The notes beneath the pieces were generated by a model. That model was not told where the DNA came from. It ran no database searches and saw only the letters and a program-made list of their open reading frames with translations. Positions 38,464-46,259 of a stretch of DNA of 64,000 nucleotides are shown in pieces (positions within the stretch are counted from its first letter, which is position 1; each line of letters opens with the position of its first letter). Origin of the DNA: an uncultured Planctomycetales bacterium (GTDB taxonomy: Bacteria; Omnitrophota; Gorgyraeia; Gygaellales; Profunditerraquicolaceae); contig CAZAPM010000002.1 in NCBI GenBank assembly GCA_964487475.1, positions 1 to 64,000 of the forward strand. The letters are read 5' to 3'. Both the position numbers and the translations under genes were made by a program.

Positions 38464-40497
38464 TTACCGCATGACCGCGCCAAAGCGCTCCTGCAGCAGC
38501 CGGCAAAGCTGGTCGTGCTGAGGCTGCACCTGCGCGTCGGATAAGGTCCGGGAGGCGGCGCGGTATACGCAGGAGATCACCAATCCCTGGTGCCCGGCGG
38601 GGACCTGCGCGCCCCTGTATCTGTCGGTCACCTTCGCTTCCTCGAGATCCGCGGCCTTGGCTTCCCGCACCAGCTCCAGGAGCTGCGACGCGGTCACGGT
38701 CTCCGGCACGTAAAAACTGATGTCCCGGGCGATGGCGGGGAACTGGGGAGGCCGCGCGTACTTGACCGAAGGGACACGCAGGCGAAACGCCGTATCCAGG
38801 AACAGTTCCGCCGCCGCCACATCCTTATGTTTGATATCCATCGCATCGCACACTTTCCGAGAAACGAGCTGCATCGTTCCCAGCTCCTCTCCGGAAGCCG
38901 CGGTCACCATGAATCCCTGCCCCCGCGGCACGAACGCGATGCCCTTGATCCCCAAGCGGGAAAGGAGCTCCTCCACGATCCCCTTGAGGTGCAGCAATCC
39001 CCACTGGTCCCGGACCTGGCCTCCGGGAAGCAGCACGGTCTTGACCCCGGCCAGCACTATCCCCAGACACTCCCGCTCCCGCGGCATTCCGTCGGGACCA
39101 ACGGTGAACGTATGCGCGGCCTCAAAAAGCGCAACGTACGGCTGCTGGCGGTTGAAATTGATGCGCACCGACTGCAGCAGGCTGGGAATGAGTGAGGGGC
39201 GCATCAGCTCCTGCTCCCGGCTTAAGGGATTGACGATCCTGACCGCGGCCTCTTTCGGGTAGCCCGCCTTTTCCAGCAGCTCTCCCGGGACCAGGCTCAA
39301 AGTCACGGCCTCGTGCACCCCCAATCCGGTAAGCAGCTGCTTGCCGAACCGGGTGAAATCACGCAGCGTGTATCCCTGCGGCCGCGGCGGCACGGTTGCC
39401 AGCGTCGAAGGGAAATTGACATATCCGTACACCCGCGCCACCTCTTCGATCAGGTCCACGGGGAGTTTCACGTCGGGGCGGAAATGCGGGACCGCGACGG
39501 AAAACGCCTTCCCGGGAAGCGCTTTGACCGAAAATCCCAGCGGGCGCAGGCACCGGCTGATCTCGGAAGAGGATATCTGCTGGCCTAAGAAACGGCTGAC
39601 CTTTCCCGCATCGAGACGCAGGGAACGTCCGGCGCTCTTGACTGCGCCCTTGGCCTGTATATCCTCGAGTGTGCCGCCGGCGAGCTGCAGGATAAGCTCG
39701 GCCGCGCGCGCTGCTGCGGCCTGCGCCGTCTCCAAAGGCACCCCCCGCTCAAAACGGTAGGAGGAATCTGTCTGCAAGCCGAACTTCTGCCGGGAGCGCC
39801 GGATCAGGAGCGGGCTGAAGACCGCGGCCTCCAGCAGCACATTGACCGTACGCTCCCCCACTTCCGTATCTTTACCCCCCATCACTCCGGCCAGCGCCAC
39901 CGGCTTTTCCCCATCCGCGATCACCAGGAGATCGGGGGTCAGTTCCCGCACCTGCGCGTCTATGGTCGCGAGTTTCTCGCCGGCCCTGGCCCGGCGCACC
40001 CGTATCGTCCGGCCGCAGAGCGCATCGAAATCGAACGCATGCAACGGTGCTCCCATCTCAAAAAGCACGTAATTGGTGATATCGACCACGTTATTGATGC
40101 TTCTTACTCCCACGCGCTCGATACGCTGCTTCAGCCACTCCGGAGACGGCCCGATACGCACCCCCCGGATAAGCCGGCCGGTGTAAAGCGGACAATCCTT
40201 CGGGTCCTCCACCTGCAGCGTGAACTCATGCGCAGAGCGTTTCTTCGCAGCCCGCGGCTTGAACTTTGCCGGCGCAACGAGAGGCGCTCCGGTGACCGCC
40301 GCCACCTCGCGGGCGATCCCCGCGACACTGAGCCAGTCCGGCCGGTTGGAAGTGATCTCTATATCGTACACGAAATCGTCCCCCGCCGCCTCGAATCCCT
40401 CGACGGTAAGCCCGGCCATGGTCAGCTTGTGCGCCAGCGCCTCCGCCGCAACCCCGACCTTTACGAAATCCTTAAGCCATTGGTAGGTTACTTTCAT
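38464..40497 (-). CDS. pheT: Phenylalanine--tRNA ligase beta subunit (short form)
   Basis: ITSNRPD.LS..GIARE, INNVVDITNY, SSYRFERG, DLIEEVAR.YGY; B2 OB domain apparently absent. Confidence 0.95.
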   Translation of the reverse strand: MKVTYQWLKDFVKVGVAAEALAHKLTMAGLTVEGFEAAGDDFVYDIEITSNRPDWLSVAGIAREVAAVTGAPLVAPAKFKPRAAKKRSAHEFTLQVEDPKDCPLYTGRLIRGVRIGPSPEWLKQRIERVGVRSINNVVDITNYVLFEMGAPLHAFDFDALCGRTIRVRRARAGEKLATIDAQVRELTPDLLVIADGEKPVALAGVMGGKDTEVGERTVNVLLEAAVFSPLLIRRSRQKFGLQTDSSYRFERGVPLETAQAAAARAAELILQLAGGTLEDIQAKGAVKSAGRSLRLDAGKVSRFLGQQISSSEISRCLRPLGFSVKALPGKAFSVAVPHFRPDVKLPVDLIEEVARVYGYVNFPSTLATVPPRPQGYTLRDFTRFGKQLLTGLGVHEAVTLSLVPGELLEKAGYPKEAAVRIVNPLSREQELMRPSLIPSLLQSVRINFNRQQPYVALFEAAHTFTVGPDGMPRERECLGIVLAGVKTVLLPGGQVRDQWGLLHLKGIVEELLSRLGIKGIAFVPRGQGFMVTAASGEELGTMQLVSRKVCDAMDIKHKDVAAAELFLDTAFRLRVPSVKYARPPQFPAIARDISFYVPETVTASQLLELVREAKAADLEEAKVTDRYRGAQVPAGHQGLVISCVYRAASRTLSDAQVQPQHDQLCRLLQERFGAVMR

Positions 40498-40506
40498 GCC
40501 TGCCCC

Positions 40507-41532
40507 TTAGAACTGCCGCAAGACGCGCAGATCGTTCTCGTAGAATATCCTGATGTCGTCGATGCCGTACTTGAGCATAGCGATGCGCTCCACCCCCATG
40601 CCGAAGGCGAACCCGGTGTACTTCTCCGGATCATACCCCACATGCGTGAACACGTTGGGGTGGATCATCCCGGAGCCGAGCACCTCCAGCCAGCCCTTCC
40701 TGCCGCATACGGAACAACCCCGGCCCTGGCAAAGGAAGCAGGAGATATCCATCTCCGCGGAAGGCTCGGTAAAAGGGAAGTAGTGCGGCCTAAACCGCAT
40801 CTTGATCTTCTCGCCGAACATGCTCTTGGCGAAGACCTCCAGGATCCCTTTCAGATGGCTGAAGGTGATCCCCTCGTCCACGATGAAACCCTCGATCTGG
40901 TGGAACATGAAGGAGTGGCTGGCATCCACCGCATCCGGCCGGTACACCCTGCCCGGAGAGGCCACTGCCAGCGGAGGCTTATGCGTCTTCATCGCCCGGA
41001 TCTGCACGGGAGAGGTCTGGCTGCGCAGCAAAAGCTTCCCTTCGCCGGCAGACGTATACGGCAGGTAGAACGTGTCAAAGGCGTCGCGGGAAGGATGCTC
41101 CAGCGGGATATTGAGCCCCGTAAAATTATTGTGCTCCGTCTCGATCTCCGGCCCCTCGATCACCAGGAACCCCATCCGGGTAAACGCATCGAGGATCTCG
41201 TCCATGACCAGGGTCAACGGATGCAGATGCCCCACTTCCTGCGCCACTGCGGGCATCCCGATATCCACGGGGGGACGCGCCGAGATCTCCGCGCCGCCCC
41301 TGAGGCCGCGCTCCTTCTCCTCGACCATCTGCGACAGCGACGCTTTCAGGGCGTTGATCCTCTGCCCCAGCCCCGCCCGCTCTTCTTTCGGAAGCGAGGG
41401 TATCGTGGCGGTCAGCTGCGCCAAAGCGCCCTTACGCCCGAGATACGCGGCCCGGAACTCCTCCAGGCCCGGCGCGTCCACGACCCGCTGTATATCCTGC
41501 TCGGCTTTTACTTTAAGCCCTTCAATATCCAT
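40507..41532 (-). CDS. pheS: Phenylalanine--tRNA ligase alpha subunit
   Basis: G.LHP, HPSRD..DTFY, LLRSQTSPVQ, FHQIEG, YFPFTEPS, GFAFGMGVER. Confidence 0.97.
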   Translation of the reverse strand: MDIEGLKVKAEQDIQRVVDAPGLEEFRAAYLGRKGALAQLTATIPSLPKEERAGLGQRINALKASLSQMVEEKERGLRGGAEISARPPVDIGMPAVAQEVGHLHPLTLVMDEILDAFTRMGFLVIEGPEIETEHNNFTGLNIPLEHPSRDAFDTFYLPYTSAGEGKLLLRSQTSPVQIRAMKTHKPPLAVASPGRVYRPDAVDASHSFMFHQIEGFIVDEGITFSHLKGILEVFAKSMFGEKIKMRFRPHYFPFTEPSAEMDISCFLCQGRGCSVCGRKGWLEVLGSGMIHPNVFTHVGYDPEKYTGFAFGMGVERIAMLKYGIDDIRIFYENDLRVLRQF

Positions 41533-41984
41533 GCCAGACATAATACCCCCAATAGCAGCAACGCCGTTTCTTTCTTCTGTGACGGGAACGGCATCTGTCT
41601 TTTCTCGCCCGCAACCGCGACCGAGAGCTCATTCACGTGTATATCCAGGTCCCCTCCGTGCTCGCGGCAGGCGCGGCTAAAACGGCCCTGTACCAGAACC
41701 CTGTCCCCGGTGACCCCGTACCTGCCCGCCTGCGAGATCCTCTCCGCGAGGGACAGGGGGACCCAGCATCCGACCGCGTTGTTCCCGTCATGCACATTGA
41801 CCCAGGCATGCGTGGCGCGCCTCAGGACCTCTCCTACCACCTCCCCGGAATAACTCACTTCCTGCCCGTCAAGAGAAGCGGCGTTCTCAATAAGCTGCGT
41901 ACTGGTATATCCCTGCTGCGCCGCAGCCGGCAAAGGCGCGGCCGCACAGAACGCCATACACATCGCCCACGCAACGCGCCTCAT
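41508..41984 (-). CDS. Exported OB-fold-like protein with C-terminal membrane anchor
   Basis: Signal peptide; GEVVG, W.N..DG, GD.V.V.G.F...C.EHGG.LDIH; hydrophobic C-terminus; ATGA-coupled to trkH. Confidence 0.7.
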   Translation of the reverse strand: MRRVAWAMCMAFCAAAPLPAAAQQGYTSTQLIENAASLDGQEVSYSGEVVGEVLRRATHAWVNVHDGNNAVGCWVPLSLAERISQAGRYGVTGDRVLVQGRFSRACREHGGDLDIHVNELSVAVAGEKRQMPFPSQKKETALLLLGVLCLAWILKGLK

Positions 41985-43486
41985 CGCTTCCCCCTGATCG
42001 CGGCGACGAAGAACCCTACCAGGGTAAAGAGGGCGATGAACTCCAGCCTTCCCGCCCACATCTCCACGATATACGTGATCTTGAGGATCGCGGGCATGGA
42101 TACCTGCGTGATCCCGCAGGAAAGCCCTACGTTGGCGCCGGCAGAGGTGGATTCGAAGAGCGCGTCCAGGAAGGGATAGCCGCAGAGCATCCCTACCAGG
42201 GTCCCCGCGGTATACAGGAGCAGGTAGGCCATGGTGATCATGAACGCGGAGCGCACCTGCTTATCCTCGAGGAACACGTCCTTGATATGGTGGAACTTCT
42301 TGACCACGATCGCCCGCTCCGGGAGGATGATACGCTTGATATCCTCCTGCAGCGCCCGGAAGATGATCCCCACCCGCAGCATCTTGATGCCTCCGGTAGT
42401 GGAACAGATCGCGCCGCCGAGGGACATGGCCATCACCAGGCCGACCAGCGAAAGGGAGGTCCACTCATGCATGAACTGCGGCGCATACACCGTCTGAAAC
42501 CCCGTTCCGGTGTGCCCGGAGATCAGCTGATAGAACCCTTTCCGGAAAAGCTCCGCCGGCTGCGTGTACACCTGCGCATGCCCCAGGGCCAACGCCACCA
42601 GCGCGAATATCCCGGTCAAAGACAATAACAGCACGATCATCTCGATGTTGCGGAAAAGTTCCCGGCGGTTTCCGTTCCACAGATGATAATGAAGCTTGAA
42701 ATTGATCGCTCCCAGCACCATGAATACCATGGTCGCTATTTCGAAAGGAAAGCTGTGATAGTATAAGATGTTCTGCGACTGGGGCGCGAAGCCGCCGGTA
42801 TCAAAGGTAGCCATGAAGATACAGGCGCCGTGAAAAAAAGCGTTGGCCGGGGACATCCCCTCGCACATGCCGATGACCCCTAAGGACACCGTGCCCAGCA
42901 CAAAGAACACCAGGCTGACCATCCAGATGAAACGGGCGGTATGCAGCACGTTGGGCAACACCCGCTCGTCGCGGCCCTCTCCTACGTACATCTTGAAGGC
43001 GCCGGACATCCCCTTCACGAAAAAGGAGAGCGCGACGATAACGATACCCTGGCCTCCGATGAACATGGTCAGGTGCCTCCAGAACTGATGGCCGTAGGAA
43101 AGGTGGTCCAGGTCCTGGGTCAGGGTAAGGCCGGTGGTCGCCAGCCCCGACATGGCCTCGAAACAGGCGTCGAGGTAGGAGGCGTAGTGCCCGCTTAAAT
43201 AAAGCGGCAGGGCTCCCAGCACCATGCCCGCGAACCAGGCCATGGCCACCACGATCATCCCCTGCATCCAGCTCAAGTCCTGCTCGGGGTGGCCGAGTTT
43301 CGACATGAGCGCGCCGATGATCAGGGCCACTTCGATCGAAATGAGGAAATCCAGCGCCGGGCCGGTTTCCCCGAAGAAAACGGATATCCCCAAAGGCAGG
43401 AACATCGCCAGGCCCAGGCCGGTGACGATCTTGCCCAGGTAATATCCGATGCGCAACACATCCTTAAAGGTGGGTTTTAAGACCAT
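41981..43486 (-). CDS. trkH: Trk/Ktr potassium uptake permease
   Basis: FEAMSGLATTG, IGGQG, TGGF, GSTTGGIK-like, SAGANVG, W.GRLE. Confidence 0.93.
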   Translation of the reverse strand: MVLKPTFKDVLRIGYYLGKIVTGLGLAMFLPLGISVFFGETGPALDFLISIEVALIIGALMSKLGHPEQDLSWMQGMIVVAMAWFAGMVLGALPLYLSGHYASYLDACFEAMSGLATTGLTLTQDLDHLSYGHQFWRHLTMFIGGQGIVIVALSFFVKGMSGAFKMYVGEGRDERVLPNVLHTARFIWMVSLVFFVLGTVSLGVIGMCEGMSPANAFFHGACIFMATFDTGGFAPQSQNILYYHSFPFEIATMVFMVLGAINFKLHYHLWNGNRRELFRNIEMIVLLLSLTGIFALVALALGHAQVYTQPAELFRKGFYQLISGHTGTGFQTVYAPQFMHEWTSLSLVGLVMAMSLGGAICSTTGGIKMLRVGIIFRALQEDIKRIILPERAIVVKKFHHIKDVFLEDKQVRSAFMITMAYLLLYTAGTLVGMLCGYPFLDALFESTSAGANVGLSCGITQVSMPAILKITYIVEMWAGRLEFIALFTLVGFFVAAIRGKR

Positions 43487-43599
43487 GGGATCGCGGATAC
43501 CAGCAGACAGACCGCATACGCGGCACAAAAAACCGCCCCTGCATACGCCAGTTCCAGCAGTATACCGAGAGCGGCATTCACGCCCGTACGCCAGTTCAT
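43477..43599 (-). CDS. Uncalled 40-aa single-TM microprotein between trkA and trkH
   Basis: MNWRTGVNAALGILLELAYAGAVFCAAYAVCLLVSAIPWS; ATGA overlap with trkA stop; own stop lies just past the trkH start. Confidence 0.7.
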   Translation of the reverse strand: MNWRTGVNAALGILLELAYAGAVFCAAYAVCLLVSAIPWS

Positions 43600-44258
43600 A
43601 ATTTCCCTACCAGTAATTGCAGCAGCTGCGGTTCGTTGCCGATCAGGGTCAGGGCGATGATATCATCCCCCGGCATGAACACCGTATCTCCCTTGGGGAC
43701 GATCACCTCTTCTCCTCTCAAGATCGATACCAGCACCGAATTCACCGGCAGTTTGATATCCCGCAAGGGCTTGTTAACCACGGGCGAATCCTTCGGCAGG
43801 TCCACGCGCACGATAGCCAGCTTGCCGCGCTTGAAACTCATAAGATTGACGAAATCGGAGAAGGAGACCTCCTCCTCGATGATCTTGGCGATGATCTTGG
43901 TGGTATCCACCGGCACATCGATCCCCAGCTGGGCGAAGGTGTGCTCGTTATCCGGGTTGTTGACCCGGCCGACGCACCGCTGGACCCCGAAGGTCTCCTT
44001 GGCCAGCTGGCAGACGATGAGGTTGTCCTCGTCGTCCCCGGTCACCGCGGCCAGCACGTCTGCCCGCTCGATCCCCGCCTCCTGCAGGATCTTCGGCTCG
44101 CACCCGTCGCCGTTGATCACCAGGATCTCCAGTTCCCGCGCGATCTCCTCGCACACCTGGCGGTCCTTGTCCACGACGCTGACCGTATGCTTGTCCTGGC
44201 TCAGCCGCTTGGCCAAGAAATACCCGATCTTGCCCGCACCCACGAGTATGATATACAT
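43596..44258 (-). CDS. trkA: TrkA/KtrA RCK-domain protein
   Basis: VGAGKIG Rossmann motif, GDG, VTGDDEDN, RCK_C domain; start trimmed to ATG 44258. Confidence 0.93.
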   Translation of the reverse strand: MYIILVGAGKIGYFLAKRLSQDKHTVSVVDKDRQVCEEIARELEILVINGDGCEPKILQEAGIERADVLAAVTGDDEDNLIVCQLAKETFGVQRCVGRVNNPDNEHTFAQLGIDVPVDTTKIIAKIIEEEVSFSDFVNLMSFKRGKLAIVRVDLPKDSPVVNKPLRDIKLPVNSVLVSILRGEEVIVPKGDTVFMPGDDIIALTLIGNEPQLLQLLVGKL

Positions 44259-44262
44259 GCGC

Positions 44263-44910
44263 CTACCCCAGGTTGAACTGTTTACGGATATTGTTAAGAC
44301 TGCTGACCTTGACCGCGGCCATGACCACATCCTTCTCCCGCAGCACGGTGGAAGGTTCGGGAATGGCTACCCCGCGCACGCTGCGCACGGCGACGACCAG
44401 GAACTCGGTCGGGATATTGAGCTGCTGCACGGTTTTGCCCACCAGGTCGCCCTTGATCTCGAGCTCGATGACCCCCAACTCCTTGGATTCGATGAGATAG
44501 CTGGAAAAACGGCTTTCGATGATCTTGTCGCGGATGAGAGAGGCGAAAAGGATGGTCCCGCTCAGGATGTCCAGCCCCAGCGCGGCGAAGATATGCGCCC
44601 GCTGCGGATCGTACACGCGGGCGATGACCTTGGGCACCTTGAAGATGCGCTTAGCCACCTGCGCGGAGATGAGATTGGTATTGTCCCCGTTGGTGACCGC
44701 GCAGAACGCGTCCGCTTTCTCGATCCCCGCCTGCTTGAGCAGCTCCAGGCTGAACCCGTTTCCGATCAGCGTCACGCCGTTAAAGGCGCCCCCCAAGCGC
44801 TCGAAAGAAGCCGCGCTCTTGTCGATCACCACCACGTCATGGCCTTCCTGGGAAAGCAGCTTGGAAAGCTCCGAACCCACCCTGCCGCAGCCGACGATTA
44901 TTACGTACAT
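44263..44910 (-). CDS. trkA: TrkA/KtrA RCK-domain protein
   Basis: VGCGRVG, VTNGDNTN, ARVYDP.RA, RCK_C domain. Confidence 0.93.
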   Translation of the reverse strand: MYVIIVGCGRVGSELSKLLSQEGHDVVVIDKSAASFERLGGAFNGVTLIGNGFSLELLKQAGIEKADAFCAVTNGDNTNLISAQVAKRIFKVPKVIARVYDPQRAHIFAALGLDILSGTILFASLIRDKIIESRFSSYLIESKELGVIELEIKGDLVGKTVQQLNIPTEFLVVAVRSVRGVAIPEPSTVLREKDVVMAAVKVSSLNNIRKQFNLG

Positions 44911-44927
44911 GGCACCGCCTCTTTCGC

Positions 44928-45019
44928 AAAAAAGCCCATAACCCCTTGGCCCACGGCATTCATCGATGGTTCCCGATGAACTGGTGCGCCGGGAGCTATG
45001 AGCTTTCCCGTACCGCAGG
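44928..45019 (-). promoter_or_regulatory. Candidate structured leader / attenuator ahead of the trk-pheST genes
   Basis: 15-bp stem AAAGCTCATAGCTCC/GGGGTTATGGGCTTT ending in a U6 tract, mutually exclusive with a three-stem fold. Confidence 0.5.
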
Positions 45020-45030
45020 AGATCAAAGGT

Positions 45031-45378
45031 TTAGGCTTTGACCAGCTGCAGCAATTTCTCGAACGTTTTCGGGTCATTGACCGCCAGCTCCGCAAGTATC
45101 TTACGGTCGATCTCGACCTTGGCCTTCTTCAGCCCGCTCATGAACCCGCTGTAGGTATACCCCGCCTGACGGCACGCGGCATTGATACGCGTGACCCAGA
45201 GGCTGCGGAATACCCGCTTCTTATTGCGGCGATCGCGGTATGCGTACACCAACGCGTGCATCCGCGTTCGGCGCGCCTGCTGGAATTGCGACTTGCGGTC
45301 CCCGAAATATCCCTTGGAATCTTTCAGGAGACGGCGTTTCTTCCTTCTGGTTGCGACACTATGCTTTACCTTTGCCAT
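45031..45378 (-). CDS. rplT: 50S ribosomal protein L20
   Basis: YAYRDRRNKKR.FR.LW..RINAA, IDRKILAELA. Confidence 0.97.
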   Translation of the reverse strand: MAKVKHSVATRRKKRRLLKDSKGYFGDRKSQFQQARRTRMHALVYAYRDRRNKKRVFRSLWVTRINAACRQAGYTYSGFMSGLKKAKVEIDRKILAELAVNDPKTFEKLLQLVKA

Positions 45379-45397
45379 CTAATTCTCGCTTTCTGCG

Positions 45398-45598
45398 TTA
45401 ACTGTACGGTAACATCCGCTTGATGTATTTAGCCCGCGGCTTATTGTTCACGGTCTTCGACTTCCTCATGCGCCTTAAACGTTCCGGCTGCTTGCTCGTG
45501 GCCAGATGCTTTTTTCCGCACACGGAATATTTAAGCTTACCTTTTTTTGTCACTGAAAAACGCTTTGCTGCCCCTTTTTTCGTCTTGAGTTTTCCCAT
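45398..45598 (-). CDS. rpmI: 50S ribosomal protein L35
   Basis: KLKTKKGAAKRF..T..GK, MLPY. Confidence 0.96.
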   Translation of the reverse strand: MGKLKTKKGAAKRFSVTKKGKLKYSVCGKKHLATSKQPERLRRMRKSKTVNNKPRAKYIKRMLPYS

Positions 45599-45638
45599 TC
45601 CAACTGCCTTTCCTATATACGCGGTCTGCTGCGTGAGG

Positions 45639-46145
45639 TTATTTCGGCCCGACCACGAAAGACATGATCCTGCCTTCCATCATCGGGGTTTTTTCCACTA
45701 CCCCGCAATCCTGCGTATCCGCGATGAATTTATCGAGCACTTTTCTGCCCAGATCGATGTGTTCCATCTGTCTTCCGCGGAAGAACAGGTTCACCTTGAC
45801 CTTGTCCTTCTTCGAAAGGAACGCGATGACCTGCTTGAGCTTCGTCTGGTAATCATGCTCGTCGATGTTTGGTTTGATCCGGATCTCCTTGAGCCTGGTC
45901 TGATGCTGGTGCTTTTTCGCCTCGCGCTCTTTCTTCTCCTGATCGTACTTGAACTTGCTGAAGTCGATGATCCGGCACACCGGAGGATTCGCAGTCGCCG
46001 CCACTTCCACCAGATCCAGTTCGTGCTGATTGGCGATCTCCTGGGCCTTGTGCGTGGGAACCACGCCCAACTGCCCTCCATCCGGTCCGATCAGGCGCAC
46101 CTGCGGGACACGGATCCTTTCATTGATCCTGATAAATTTCTTTAT
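45639..46145 (-). CDS. infC: Translation initiation factor IF-3, probable ATA start
   Basis: INERI....VRLI, PPVCRIID..KFKY; SD GGAGGT 7 nt upstream of in-frame ATA at 46145. Confidence 0.93.
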   Translation of the reverse strand: MKKFIRINERIRVPQVRLIGPDGGQLGVVPTHKAQEIANQHELDLVEVAATANPPVCRIIDFSKFKYDQEKKEREAKKHQHQTRLKEIRIKPNIDEHDYQTKLKQVIAFLSKKDKVKVNLFFRGRQMEHIDLGRKVLDKFIADTQDCGVVEKTPMMEGRIMSFVVGPK

Positions 46146-46159
46146 CTCAACCACCTCCC

Positions 46160-46258
46160 GACGCGGAAAGCGTCGCCCCGGCCGATCCCCCGCACATGCG
46201 GGGCACCCGTCAATCCGATAAAGACGGGGTGCGATAAGGCCAGGGGTAACTTCCGCTC
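46160..46258 (-). promoter_or_regulatory. Putative L20-leader-like structured RNA before infC-rpmI-rplT
   Basis: Nested stems GCGGAAG/TTTCCGC, GTTACCCCTGGCC/GGCCGGGGCGAC and GCACCC/GGGTGC in the expected position. Confidence 0.5.
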
Positions 46259-46259
46259 T

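Noticed and set aside
44901..44963. Short ORF MNAVGQGVMGFFAKEAVPCT as a pheM-like Phe leader peptide
   Set aside because: The two Phe codons are simply the U tract, in the wrong position for ribosome-stalling attenuation, and there is no SD
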